Shown here piece by piece: positions 49,792 through 60,239 of a stretch of 64,000 nucleotides of DNA (the first letter of the stretch is position 1; each line of letters begins with the position of its first letter). Source of the DNA: an uncultured Verrucomicrobiota bacterium (GTDB taxonomy: Bacteria; Verrucomicrobiota; Kiritimatiellia; RFP12; UBA3636); contig CASEAR010000117.1 in assembly GCA_949285835.1 (NCBI GenBank), positions 302 to 64,301 of the forward strand, read 5' to 3'. The notes under the pieces are model-generated. The model worked only from the letters and a program-made list of their open reading frames with translations, did no database searches and was not told the origin of the DNA. Position numbers and translations under genes: made by a program.

Positions 49792-52700
49792 ATGAAAATT
49801 AAAATTAAGGGAACTGCAAAATTTCTCCTTTGTACGGCCGCGACAATAGCGATGCTGTTCGCAATTACACAGCCTTGCTGCGCTGCACAGCAAGACATCT
49901 ATAATGTGGCAGTTTTGCCGTCATGGAACAACCATCCGCATTCCAGGGAATTCGACTTTGCATTTCAACAGTACGGATACTCATGGACCAACCTGCAGGA
50001 ATCCGCTCAGCAGATGGATTGGCTTGACGCGAACCTTGATAAATTCGACATGCTTTTTGCGCCATGCCTTTTTGGGTATACTCCGGACAATTCCGCTCCG
50101 CCATTCGATATGACAAAATACGCTGGACATATCCGGCAGTGGATAATGCAGGGAGGTAGCCTTTTCATAATAGACGCAAACTACCCAAAAACTCTCGCCT
50201 GGTTAAAATCCATAGACAAATCACTCGAGGTATCGTCAGAGAAATGTGACTATCTTGGTCCTGCCGTTGCAGAGGAACCGCTTGACTCAATCCTGTTTCT
50301 CCCCAAACAAGCCGAATACACTTTTTCATGGAACCATATGACCGTCCCCGATCAGGAAAAGACAGGATGGAAGATAATCTCAAGATGCGGACACGGGGAT
50401 CCGACATTGATGATCAAGCGACTCGGAAAAGGAATAATTCTCATAACCGTAGGCCGTAACTATATACCGGAATTTATCGAAAACTTGAGAGTAAACCAGA
50501 ATCTGCAGTCATTCAGCCTCGAAATTCTATCTTGCAACCTGCCGGACGTCATCCCCGGAACAAATTCATTTTCTGTAGTCTGCAAAAATACTTCTGAAAA
50601 GAAACTGCATGGGAAACTTATTCTTTCTGTTACGAGCTTGGACGAAGACGGAAATCCGTCAGGGACTCCCGAGATTTTTTCCTCTGAATCAGAAATAGCG
50701 CCGGGAACAGCCGGGGAATTCAAGCTCGAATGCCGTATATCGATGCGCGGACATGTTCGGGCCGAAATGAAACTGGTTTCTGGAAATGCCGAGGGCATCT
50801 GTTTCGATAGAGTTCTTAAGCTGCCGCCGCTCTTTTCTATCACAGGAACCGCACACCGCGGATTGGTGTCGGAAGCCCGGCGCTTCCCCTACGTGAGAAT
50901 CGGAGCACAGGTATACCCAGACAAGACAGATCAGACGGAATTATCTCTTCGCATATCAGTTACCAACAGCCGCAATTCATGCGTCGGAAGCGTACAGGCT
51001 CCCGCTCAGATAGGATCCTTTATGGTTCCGGTGGAAGTGCCTAAAAAACTGCCGGCAGGAAAATACTCAGTTTTTGGAGAGCTGCTCGATAAAAACGGCG
51101 CTGTTATATCGTCATCCACATCGCAATTTGAAGTGGTTCCGGTTACGCCGGGACAAACACTTTTTGACGAAGATTCGGTTATGCTCCGCGAGGGACGTCC
51201 GTTTTTCCCCGTAGGAATTTATCACATAAATGCCGGATCGGGCCCATATACCAGTGAACTTGGGAGAATTGCCGACATCGGCTTCAACATGGTGCAAACG
51301 TTCAGCTGGGCTGGAACCTGGCATATAAACGAAATTCAGAAGCATGGACTTGCCACACTGTGGGAGCAGCTTCCGCATAGAACGCCGGAAGCATGCGCCA
51401 TTCAGGGAGAAGTTTTAAGCACACACCCCTCCACCCTGATGTACTACACCATGGATGAACCGCCGCAGTCGCTGTTCGACTTTGTAAAGCAGCTTGATGA
51501 CGCATGGCATCAAGCGGATCCGTTTCATCCCACATATGTCGTATCGTACCAGCCGCATCAATTTCATAGAAACGTATGGCTGAGTGATGTTCTGGCTCCA
51601 GATCCTTATCCCTATTCAACAAAAAAGGGTGAAGAGTCCCCAATTACGAATGTATCAAAATGGATGGATTTGGCTGGCGAGGTTTCCGGATGGAGCAGGC
51701 CCTACATATGTGTGCCGCAGTCCTTTGGTAAAGAGCCTCCCCTGATTTGGAGGAATATGGCATTTCAGGCAATTGTCCACGGAGCAAAAGGCCTTATCTG
51801 GTACCCATGGAATGATGGCGGAAAATCTGGAATGCGATGGGATCCGGAGCTTTTGCGTGAAGCGGAGATACTAATACCACAAATCAACGCGCTCTCCCCG
51901 GCAATACTCAACCATGATCCGCAGCCGAGGAAATTTACTGACGAAAACTACGATATACATGCCATGGTATGCCGCAATCCGGAAACGGGAACCTATTACG
52001 CAATTTTCGTAAACACTGCAGCAACGGCTGTATCCGCAGACATTGAAATACCGGAAATACCGGGGAGTCTGGATTTTGTCGAAGGTATTTTCGGGACACC
52101 GAAGGCCTCCGTTTCAAACAGTGTTCTGTCACTGTCTTTACCGAAGTTTGCAACCGGAATTTATTTCTGGGGCGGGCCCGCACCCGTGCTGGAAAAGAAC
52201 GCGAAGGAATTCGCTCTCGGCAAACTGCCGCCCAGAGCATCCGGACGGACGATTAAAGTGGTCTCTTCTCAAGGGACGGCCGCCGTGCCTGCCGGTGCTT
52301 ACACAAATCTTCAGGACGCTATTGACATCGCCCGTCACGGCGACGTCATCTCCGTTGGACCGGGCGTCTATTCTCCCATAGTGTCGGAGAACAAACTTAT
52401 TGATATTGTCGCAGAGATTCCGGGAACAAACACCGTTATTGATGCATTTTCAAATGATCGCTGCGCCACGCTCTCGGTTAAAACGTACGGAGACATGACA
52501 GCTCAGACCAATACGCTGCTGCGGGGATTCGTACTGCGCAGCGGCAATGCTTCCAAGAGCCGCCACCGCAGCACAATGGGAGGATGCGTCATAGGCGGTA
52601 CACTGGAAGACTGCAGCATCGAGCGAGGTATTGCACAGTACGGAGGCGGCGCCGCATACTGCAATATCTCATCAAGCAAAATTTTTTCCAACCGTGCATC

Positions 52701-54015
52701 TTTGAACGGAGGAGGAGCATACCTCTGCCGAGTATCTGATTCCGAGATCTATGGAAATTCCGCGACTTTTGACGGCGGGGCGTTTGAACTGTGCAGCGCA
52801 TATTTTTGCGAAATTTTCAACAACAACGCCTCGCGCGATGGAGGCGCTATGCACTTCAGCGCCGCAGAATCATGCAAAATACGCGGGAACAGCGCACGAA
52901 GGAACGGCGGAGGAGGCGCCCATTCCAATATTCGGAACTCAATTGTCACCGCCAACAACGCATCAAGAAACGGAGGAGGGGCTTTCGCGGGCACAATCGA
53001 ATTTTCCACTCTGTTTTCCAATACAGCCGCGGGCAAAGGCGGCGGTTTCTCTGCCCTTGATTCCTCCCACGGATGGGGTGCAAATGTCGGCGTGACAGAC
53101 TCCATAATCTGGAGCAACACCTCGCGGTCGGACACCAACGAAACCGCGTCAATATACAACATCTCGTCCGTCACAAGATCATGCGTACAGTCAACGCCGG
53201 GGTCTGCAGCCATCCGAGGAGCAATAACAAATAATCCCTCATTTATGAATCCGTCCATTTCCGATTTCAGGCTCAGGCCGGATTCGCCGTGCATCGATAT
53301 GAACACAATAAAATCCGGAACACCTGTACAATACGACCCCGACGGAAAGAAACGTCCCGGCGGAGGCGGTTATGACGCAGGCGCGTACGAAGCCGTTCCG
53401 GCAAATTTCTATATCGGGGACTGGGAATTCGACGGCTCTGCATTCAATGCGATCAGGAATAAACCGTCTAAGTTCACAGCCGCTGAAAAACAGATTCCAT
53501 TGCCAAAATTAAAAGACGGCGCACTGGTCTTCGATGGTTCCTCTGCCGTTAAAAGCGCAAGAAGCCTCTCTTCTTTCGGCACTAACCTGAAATGGTGGTC
53601 AAAACTTCGATTTTCAATCACTTTTTCCGACGCCAAATCCGGAACACTTCTCTACGTTCCGAAAGGGGCCGACGGCGGGCTGTGGGCCGAAATCGACAAT
53701 TCAGGCAGACTGCGCGTCACGTACATACTGGGGAACGCCAAGGACAACAACAAAACAGTTCTTGTCTCCGGACAAAATGTCGCCGGAGGCAAAAACATAA
53801 CCGCCGTTATTGAGCTCTATAAATTCGGCGACGATAAAACAGTCTTGAGCGCAACCGTAAACGGCAAACCGGCGGAGCAGATATCTGCCCCTGAAATAAA
53901 AACCGCGTTCAGTCTTCCCTCCGGGAACTTCTTTCTGGGATGCAAAGACGCCAGGCAGCGCAACTTCTTCCGGGGTGTCGTAAATTCATTGAAAATCGAA
54001 TTGGACGCAGAATAA
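49792..54015 (+). CDS. Large secreted multidomain protein: glycosidase-like barrel, right-handed beta-helix, choice-of-anchor-Q-like motif, LamG-like C-terminus
   Basis: Signal peptide; GRPFFPVGIY..GFNMV..YTMDEP..DPYP..HGAKGLIWY; LQDAIDIA..GDVISVGPGVY; N-x-A-xx-GG(G/A) repeats; DFRLRPDSPCID..DAGAYE. Confidence 0.72.
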   Translation: MKIKIKGTAKFLLCTAATIAMLFAITQPCCAAQQDIYNVAVLPSWNNHPHSREFDFAFQQYGYSWTNLQESAQQMDWLDANLDKFDMLFAPCLFGYTPDNSAPPFDMTKYAGHIRQWIMQGGSLFIIDANYPKTLAWLKSIDKSLEVSSEKCDYLGPAVAEEPLDSILFLPKQAEYTFSWNHMTVPDQEKTGWKIISRCGHGDPTLMIKRLGKGIILITVGRNYIPEFIENLRVNQNLQSFSLEILSCNLPDVIPGTNSFSVVCKNTSEKKLHGKLILSVTSLDEDGNPSGTPEIFSSESEIAPGTAGEFKLECRISMRGHVRAEMKLVSGNAEGICFDRVLKLPPLFSITGTAHRGLVSEARRFPYVRIGAQVYPDKTDQTELSLRISVTNSRNSCVGSVQAPAQIGSFMVPVEVPKKLPAGKYSVFGELLDKNGAVISSSTSQFEVVPVTPGQTLFDEDSVMLREGRPFFPVGIYHINAGSGPYTSELGRIADIGFNMVQTFSWAGTWHINEIQKHGLATLWEQLPHRTPEACAIQGEVLSTHPSTLMYYTMDEPPQSLFDFVKQLDDAWHQADPFHPTYVVSYQPHQFHRNVWLSDVLAPDPYPYSTKKGEESPITNVSKWMDLAGEVSGWSRPYICVPQSFGKEPPLIWRNMAFQAIVHGAKGLIWYPWNDGGKSGMRWDPELLREAEILIPQINALSPAILNHDPQPRKFTDENYDIHAMVCRNPETGTYYAIFVNTAATAVSADIEIPEIPGSLDFVEGIFGTPKASVSNSVLSLSLPKFATGIYFWGGPAPVLEKNAKEFALGKLPPRASGRTIKVVSSQGTAAVPAGAYTNLQDAIDIARHGDVISVGPGVYSPIVSENKLIDIVAEIPGTNTVIDAFSNDRCATLSVKTYGDMTAQTNTLLRGFVLRSGNASKSRHRSTMGGCVIGGTLEDCSIERGIAQYGGGAAYCNISSSKIFSNRASLNGGGAYLCRVSDSEIYGNSATFDGGAFELCSAYFCEIFNNNASRDGGAMHFSAAESCKIRGNSARRNGGGGAHSNIRNSIVTANNASRNGGGAFAGTIEFSTLFSNTAAGKGGGFSALDSSHGWGANVGVTDSIIWSNTSRSDTNETASIYNISSVTRSCVQSTPGSAAIRGAITNNPSFMNPSISDFRLRPDSPCIDMNTIKSGTPVQYDPDGKKRPGGGGYDAGAYEAVPANFYIGDWEFDGSAFNAIRNKPSKFTAAEKQIPLPKLKDGALVFDGSSAVKSARSLSSFGTNLKWWSKLRFSITFSDAKSGTLLYVPKGADGGLWAEIDNSGRLRVTYILGNAKDNNKTVLVSGQNVAGGKNITAVIELYKFGDDKTVLSATVNGKPAEQISAPEIKTAFSLPSGNFFLGCKDARQRNFFRGVVNSLKIELDAE

Positions 54016-54031
54016 CCTGACTCGCAGACTT

Positions 54032-54089
54032 CAGGTGCGGGTATGAAGCGATCTTTCCATAAAAGACTCTCTCATCCCGCACCTGTTTT
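54032..54089 (+). terminator. Long stem-loop, probable terminator between convergent genes
   Basis: CAGGTGCGGG(T)ATGA ... TCATCCCGCACCTG followed by TTTT. Confidence 0.65.
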
Positions 54090-54115
54090 CCCTGCAGTCC
54101 GGCATAACCGGCCGG

Positions 54116-55291
54116 TTATGATACACGGCACAGTATTCCTTTCAGGTACAGCCCCTCCGGGAAAGACATCAGTACAGGATGATCCGGTGCCTGAGTATAG
54201 CGGCCGATCATACAGACATCGCGCCTCGCATCCAGAGCCGCATCCGATACGACTTTCTGGAAAAGCTCAGGAGAAACGCCGCCGGAACATGAGAATGTGG
54301 CCAGAAGACCACCGGGCCTGAGCAGTTTTATCGCCAGAAGATTGACGTCCTTGTAAGCGCGGCATGCGCGTTCCGCACCGGAACGGCTCGAGGCCAGTTT
54401 GGGAGGATCAAGAATCACCACGTCAAAACTCTCACCGCGATCCCTGTAGAACCTGAGCAGAGAAAACACATCCGCACAGACGATTTCGGGGCACGGCAGC
54501 CCATTTGCCTCAGCGTTCCTTGCAACAGCATCGACGGCGCTGCGGGAAGAATCAACTGCGCGTACATATTCCGCCCCGTGTTTCTCTGCACATAACGAAA
54601 ATCCGCCGTTGTAGCAGAAAAGATCCAGAACTCTCTTTCCTCCGCAGAGCCCCGCGACGCTTTCCCAATTGTCGGCCTGATCAAGGTAGAATCCCGTCTT
54701 CTGCCCGTTGACTATGTCTACCGACCACTTCATGCCGTTTATGCATATTTCAACCGGATCCGGGATTCCGCCGGCAAGCGCCCCGCACTGCGGAGACAGT
54801 CCCTCTTTTTCCCTGGCTGGAGAATCCGACCTCTCATATACAGCGCATTCCGGGAAAACCGACGAAAACGCTGATGCTACGACATCCCTCATCCGCTCCG
54901 CTCCCGCGGTGAGCAGCTGTACACAGATCACATCCCCGTACCTGTCTGCCACGATACCGGGAAGGCTGTCAGATTCCCCGTGAACGACGCGTACAGCGTT
55001 ATGGCTGACCCGGTTCCAGCGCCCGGCACGGAAAGACCAGGCGCGGGCAATTCTTCCAGCAAAAAAGTCCTTGTCTATTGTTTCCCCGCTGCAGAATGTA
55101 AGGACACGGATTGATATCTGAGAACGTTCCGAGTAGGTACCTCTGGCAAGAAAATCGCCGCCGGAAGAAAAAACGTCCGCAATACACCCGTCGGAAACTT
55201 CCCCGGAAACTCGAGACAAAGCGCCTGAATAAACCCACGGGTGCCTGTGCAGTACAGACTTTTCCCGTCCCTTTGCAAGAACCGCCTTCAT
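54116..55291 (-). CDS. rlmI: 23S rRNA m5C1962 methyltransferase RlmI-like
   Basis: HPWVYSG PUA domain, HGESDSLPG, GQKTGFYLDQ, VLDLFCYNGGF, ILDPPK, TFSCSG, YLKG. Confidence 0.92.
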   Translation of the reverse strand: MKAVLAKGREKSVLHRHPWVYSGALSRVSGEVSDGCIADVFSSGGDFLARGTYSERSQISIRVLTFCSGETIDKDFFAGRIARAWSFRAGRWNRVSHNAVRVVHGESDSLPGIVADRYGDVICVQLLTAGAERMRDVVASAFSSVFPECAVYERSDSPAREKEGLSPQCGALAGGIPDPVEICINGMKWSVDIVNGQKTGFYLDQADNWESVAGLCGGKRVLDLFCYNGGFSLCAEKHGAEYVRAVDSSRSAVDAVARNAEANGLPCPEIVCADVFSLLRFYRDRGESFDVVILDPPKLASSRSGAERACRAYKDVNLLAIKLLRPGGLLATFSCSGGVSPELFQKVVSDAALDARRDVCMIGRYTQAPDHPVLMSFPEGLYLKGILCRVS

Positions 55292-55325
55292 ATTTCAGCT
55301 CCGCCCCCAGATAGGCATGCGACAG

Positions 55326-56501
55326 CTACATCGCCACGCTTTTCGTCATCCCAATCACCGGCAAAAGAACTGCCAGAGCAACTATTAGCACAAATATGCC
55401 GACCGCAGCGATCAGCGCCGGCTCCAGAACCGACATGCGAATGGACAAAGATTTCTCCCAGACTCTGGATGCACGCCCGGCAGCTACGTCCAGCATCGAT
55501 GAAAGGCATCCGCCGGTCTCCCCCACCCGCACCCATCCTGACAGGTTTCGGCCTATCAGCGGGATCTGCGATATACACGCCGAAAGCTGCGCTCCATTCC
55601 TGATCTTGTCCGCCTGCTCGCATGAGGCCTTTTCCACCGCGGCTATGCCCGTGCCGCGCCCGGCCACCGGAAGAGCGTCGACAATCTGCATTCCGGACTG
55701 CAACAACACAGACAGTATCGACGCAAAACGCATTTCCGCCAGAGAACGCCCGGGAGCTCCATAGAAATGCATTGCAAACCGACTGTACATCATCCGTATT
55801 GACGGCTTTTTCTCCGCAACGCGCTTTATCGCGGTATGGGCAATTGCCGCAGCCAACGCTATAAAGACAAGGCATCCGACGGTCACCTTGGCGGCGGAGA
55901 CGGCAAAAACGCTTGAGGCAGGCAGTTCCAAACCGGCGGAAGCCAGCATCCGGGTAGTATTCGGAACAACGAAGCCAAGCATCACCGCCGCCACCGCAAC
56001 CCCGAGACACATCACAAAACACGGATATACCAGCGCCGAACGAATCTTATCCCGCACCCCTTCCTGAACATCGATAAAATCAGCAGTCCTAACCAGCATC
56101 GAAGACAGCGTTCCCGACTTCTCCGCGGAAATTATAGCGGCGATCTCAAAACTTCCAGCGCCGCCGAACAGTTCTGAGACAGCAGAAGAAAGCTCCACGC
56201 CCTCTCTTATCCGCCTAAGGATGGATTCCACACAGTCTGAACGGCCGCTTTCCGACTCGCGCAGGAGGATAAGCGCAGACTCCAGTGTAAGCCCCGCACC
56301 AAGCAACGTACCCAATTCCCGGTAAAACGCAGACCGCACCTGCGCCGGAACCGCGCCGGATTCCCGTCCGGCGCGGATGGTCTCAGCATAGATTCCCTCA
56401 TCGGCAAGAAGTTTCCGGGCTTGTTTTACATCCTGCGCATTTACAGTTCCGCGGCATCGTATACCGCCGACCTTGTATCCCCGGTAAACATAACGCGCCA
56501 T
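55326..56501 (-). CDS. Type II secretion/type IV pilus inner-membrane platform protein (GspF/PilC family)
   Basis: RELGTLLGAGL, AEKSGTL, KIRSALVYP, VGETGGCL, LEPALI..AVLLP. Confidence 0.9.
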   Translation of the reverse strand: MARYVYRGYKVGGIRCRGTVNAQDVKQARKLLADEGIYAETIRAGRESGAVPAQVRSAFYRELGTLLGAGLTLESALILLRESESGRSDCVESILRRIREGVELSSAVSELFGGAGSFEIAAIISAEKSGTLSSMLVRTADFIDVQEGVRDKIRSALVYPCFVMCLGVAVAAVMLGFVVPNTTRMLASAGLELPASSVFAVSAAKVTVGCLVFIALAAAIAHTAIKRVAEKKPSIRMMYSRFAMHFYGAPGRSLAEMRFASILSVLLQSGMQIVDALPVAGRGTGIAAVEKASCEQADKIRNGAQLSACISQIPLIGRNLSGWVRVGETGGCLSSMLDVAAGRASRVWEKSLSIRMSVLEPALIAAVGIFVLIVALAVLLPVIGMTKSVAM

Positions 56502-56525
56502 CAGAAAACCCCATACCGTGAAATA

Positions 56526-57086
56526 TCAAAGCCTGCAGAGCAGTCCTGAAGCCACTTCTTCAGCAGTTTTCCTGCCTGCCAGCACCTCAACGAGGAACAA
56601 AGCAAACTTCATCGCGGTGGCCGGCCCACGGGATGTAATAATGTTGCCGTCGCGAACAACGTCCTCGTCCGGACAGTAGACCGCATCGGGGATCCTTCCC
56701 TCCATTCCCGGATAGCACACGGCCCTGCGCCCGGCCAGAACACCTGCCGCATGAAGGGCGACCGGAGAAGCGCATATCGCGGCAACGTAACGGTCCGAAG
56801 ACTGCGCGAACCGTCTCACGGCATCCAGTACCCGCCGGTCATCACAGAATGCCTCCATGCCTCCAAGTCCGCCCGGAAGCACCAGCATATCCGCATCGTC
56901 GACTTCCTCGCTGTTCCACATCTCGTCCGCCACAAGTCCGACTCCGTGAGCGCAGTCAATGTCTATTCCGCCCTCATCGTCGATGGACAACATCACGACA
57001 TGTATGCCCGCACGCCTGAGCACGTCCGCTATTGTGACAGCCTCAAGCTCCTCTGTTCCGCTCGCAACAGGAATAACAACCTTCAT
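56526..57086 (-). CDS. yajL: DJ-1/PfpI family protein (YajL/ThiJ-like)
   Basis: GTEELEAV..DVLRRAG, LVLPGG, AAICASP, TSRGPATA. Confidence 0.88.
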   Translation of the reverse strand: MKVVIPVASGTEELEAVTIADVLRRAGIHVVMLSIDDEGGIDIDCAHGVGLVADEMWNSEEVDDADMLVLPGGLGGMEAFCDDRRVLDAVRRFAQSSDRYVAAICASPVALHAAGVLAGRRAVCYPGMEGRIPDAVYCPDEDVVRDGNIITSRGPATAMKFALFLVEVLAGRKTAEEVASGLLCRL

Positions 57087-57715
57087 TTGTCACCTCTTTT
57101 TTCAAACCGGGAATCAAAGTCAAGAAAAGTTCCACGGAGAAGTGACCGCGGACACATGGAATAGCTGAAAATAATCTCTCCGCCTCGCGGAACATAACCA
57201 TCGAAACTCACGGAAATCTCCGCCTCTTCCCCGCGCTCGAATTCGTATCCGTAAAGAATATCCGCCTGCTGCCTGTCTTTCTCCGAGATCGGTTCAAGAT
57301 GGCACTGCACATCGTAAAACGAGGCAAGCGCCACGTTGTCGGAGTCTCCGTAGCCAAAAATACCGCTAGTCTCCTTGCTCATCACGGACTTTGTCTTTAC
57401 GCGGAATTCAGCCGCAAGCTCGCCGTTCAGTATAAAGCGAACAACCCCCGTGAGCTTGTCGCCCACAAAAGCCGCGTCCTCCCGAGAAACGCCGGAAAAC
57501 AGCAAAGACATGCGCATATCTTTGGACCGGAAACGAATCTCCTTGAAAGCGCGCCTGTTCACGCCCGTATGCACCGGCCCGCCTTTCATCACCACGCCGC
57601 CGCGCCGCGTAAGCGGATTCCTGTACGTATCCCACGCACCCACGACAGCATCCGCCAGAAAAGGCAAAATGCATAGAACGACAACAACTGCCAGTATCTT
57701 GAAAAACTTTCTCAT
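57083..57715 (-). CDS. Hypothetical membrane-anchored protein
   Basis: N-terminal hydrophobic helix; tightly packed between kdgK-like and yajL-like genes. Confidence 0.7.
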   Translation of the reverse strand: MRKFFKILAVVVVLCILPFLADAVVGAWDTYRNPLTRRGGVVMKGGPVHTGVNRRAFKEIRFRSKDMRMSLLFSGVSREDAAFVGDKLTGVVRFILNGELAAEFRVKTKSVMSKETSGIFGYGDSDNVALASFYDVQCHLEPISEKDRQQADILYGYEFERGEEAEISVSFDGYVPRGGEIIFSYSMCPRSLLRGTFLDFDSRFEKRGDK

Positions 57716-57719
57716 CGCC

Positions 57720-58823
57720 TCAGCGTTTTACGCGCCCCGAAGCGTTTCCGCTCATAAGGGAAACGACCTCGCCTACCGTGCATCTGTTATAATCTCCGTA
57801 AATAGAATGTTTCAGGCAGCTGGCCGCCACGGCAAACGCCGCAGCCTTCGCCGGATCAGAATATTCTTCGGTGTTGAGAGCGTATATCAGCCCGGCGCAG
57901 AACGAATCTCCGCCGCCCAGACGGTCCACTATGCTGCGTATCTCGTACGGAGCATAGGTTCCATCCGCAGACAACGGCGCAAAACTGGCATTTCCGCTAG
58001 CAGCCTCATAGAGCATCGCTCCCCAGTTGTTGTGATCCGCCGAGTGGCTCTCGCGCAGCGTTATCGCCACATGCGACGCCTTGGGGAACCGTTCGGACAG
58101 CGCCAAAGCCACGTTCCGGTATGCAGATACATTTATCCTGCCGGACTCCACGGAGGTGTCCGCCGCGTGTATTCCGAAAACATCCGCGGCGTCTTCCTCA
58201 TTGCCGATTATCACATCGGCCAGAGGCACTATCCGCCCCATGCAATCCGCCGCAAGTTTCTTCGGCTCCGTTCCTGCGCGCCATTTCCAGAGCTTTTTCC
58301 TGAAATTCAGGTCGCACGAAATCTTTATGCCGCAAGCCGAGGCCTTCTCCGCAAGCGCAAGCGTGGAAAGATATGCTTTCTCCGTAAGGGACGGAGTAAT
58401 GCCCGAAAGATGAAGCCACGTTACGCCATCGAGCATCGCGTCAAAATCATAGCCGTCCGGTCCGGTCTCCGAAACAGCGCTTCCAGCCCTGTCATACACC
58501 ACCGCGGAACCGCGCTGGTTCGACCCCGGCTCTGCAAAATATATTCCCAAGCGCCCGCCATCAGTACGCACAATGCGCTCCGTATCCACACCAAGCCCGC
58601 GCATCTCCGCAATGAAAGCGTCCACTATAGGATTTGCCTTCGGAAGCGCAGTAAGATACCTCGACCTCATGCCGAATTGAGCCAAACTTACGCATACATT
58701 AGCCTCTCCGCCCCCGAAAATCGCCTCTATCCGCCCGGGGAACGACTGAGAAAACCTGAGTTTTCCCTCAGGAGACAAACGAAGCATAACTTCACCAAAT
58801 CCCGCGACACAAACATTGTCCAT
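57720..58823 (-). CDS. kdgK: PfkB-family sugar kinase, 2-keto-3-deoxygluconate kinase-like
   Basis: FGEVMLRLSP, GGGEANV, VVYDRAGS, DLNFRKKLW, IVDRLGGGDSF, LKHSIYGD. Confidence 0.87.
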   Translation of the reverse strand: MDNVCVAGFGEVMLRLSPEGKLRFSQSFPGRIEAIFGGGEANVCVSLAQFGMRSRYLTALPKANPIVDAFIAEMRGLGVDTERIVRTDGGRLGIYFAEPGSNQRGSAVVYDRAGSAVSETGPDGYDFDAMLDGVTWLHLSGITPSLTEKAYLSTLALAEKASACGIKISCDLNFRKKLWKWRAGTEPKKLAADCMGRIVPLADVIIGNEEDAADVFGIHAADTSVESGRINVSAYRNVALALSERFPKASHVAITLRESHSADHNNWGAMLYEAASGNASFAPLSADGTYAPYEIRSIVDRLGGGDSFCAGLIYALNTEEYSDPAKAAAFAVAASCLKHSIYGDYNRCTVGEVVSLMSGNASGRVKR

Positions 58824-58868
58824 ATCCGTAATCTTCCTCTATCCGGCAGGCACGACCGCCAAACAAAA

Positions 58869-58964
<96 letters not shown>

Positions 58965-59021
58965 GCAGAACTCCTCACAGGCCGCAGCGAGAGCACACCG
59001 CAACCCGTTCAAATGCGACTC

Positions 59022-59050
59022 AATATACACTAACATCTGTACGATATCAA
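59022..59050 (-). promoter_or_regulatory. Putative sigma70 promoter for tRNA-Ser
   Basis: TTGATA-17 bp-TATATT on the minus strand. Confidence 0.5.
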
Positions 59051-59097
59051 GATAAAATGCAGACAAAACGCGCATGCGGCATGCCTGAGCATTTGCC

Positions 59098-60189
59098 TCA
59101 TCTGTGACCTTCACCGAAAAGCTTCCGCCACGTACGCAGCCTAACAAAAGCGTTTTCCTCGAGACTGCCCGCAAAAAGCCACACATCGGAAGTATGAAAA
59201 ACCCCCGCCCCCATCATTCCACGGGAGTCGTATTCACTGTTTTCCGGCAAGTCTACAATCAACGCGCCCTTCTCAGCATCCACCCTCGCGCCGCACAGAT
59301 TCCGGAATCGAGCAAAACGCCGCTCCGGCGCCTTTTCCCAAAAGCGGTAAAACACAGACTCCTTGTTCAAGTCACTGCCAGCGGGCGCAGAATCCGTCCG
59401 CCAGTTCAGCGGATTTATCACAAAAGTTCCCTTGCCGGAAAATACCGTCTCCCCGGCATTCGGGCTCTGGGTATTCCACACCACAACAACTCCCGCGCCG
59501 GACTCGTCAGACGCCGGCAGTATCCCGCTCGCGGACATATCCGAACGAATCCTGTCCGCAGATACGGATGGAAGGCCTATCAGATAAGCGGCTACAAATC
59601 CACCCGAAACAGACACGCACCCGCCCCGGCGAATAAGCTCATACAGATCCATCGCCCCCTGACTGTGCCCAAACAATATGTACGGGTTGCCGTTGTTCCA
59701 GTTTTCCAGATAGCTCCTGAACGCGAGAATTGTGTCGGAATATCCCGCGCAGAAGCCCTCCTCCGTCCGGAAATCGCTCCCGAGAGTCAGCGCTTTCATA
59801 CACCTCAAGAATTCCAGCTGACGGATTTTCGGCGCAAAGACCCGTACATTGGCCCCGAAAAGCCCAGTCTGCGCACAAGCAAAATCAAGAGCTTTGGCGG
59901 ACACTTCCGCGTCATCAAAGTCCATAAGAGGATTGTCTTTGTCTGAGACAAGAGTTGGATACACGTAGAAAACGTCTATGGCCGCGGTATCGGACTCACG
60001 CGTATCGGCAATAAGCCAGTTGTTGGTATTTGAATAGTCCGCCGCACCCTGACCGGCGCAAACCGCCGCCGTGTCCGGGCGGACAGGCAAAACCTCCGCG
60101 AGAGACGCATTCAGCGCGCATGCGGCCGCAGCGAATGCCAGCCGCAAAACCAACGCCGCCTTCCTGAACATCAATGACGTACCGTACAT
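59098..60189 (-). CDS. DUF3089-family secreted alpha/beta hydrolase
   Basis: IDVFYVYPT, VFAPKIRQ, PYILFGHSQG nucleophile elbow, INPLNW, FHTSD. Confidence 0.85.
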   Translation of the reverse strand: MYGTSLMFRKAALVLRLAFAAAACALNASLAEVLPVRPDTAAVCAGQGAADYSNTNNWLIADTRESDTAAIDVFYVYPTLVSDKDNPLMDFDDAEVSAKALDFACAQTGLFGANVRVFAPKIRQLEFLRCMKALTLGSDFRTEEGFCAGYSDTILAFRSYLENWNNGNPYILFGHSQGAMDLYELIRRGGCVSVSGGFVAAYLIGLPSVSADRIRSDMSASGILPASDESGAGVVVVWNTQSPNAGETVFSGKGTFVINPLNWRTDSAPAGSDLNKESVFYRFWEKAPERRFARFRNLCGARVDAEKGALIVDLPENSEYDSRGMMGAGVFHTSDVWLFAGSLEENAFVRLRTWRKLFGEGHR

Positions 60190-60239
60190 ACGAAATCCGT
60201 ATTATTTTCTGACAAACTCCGTCGAATCCTGCGGGAACT

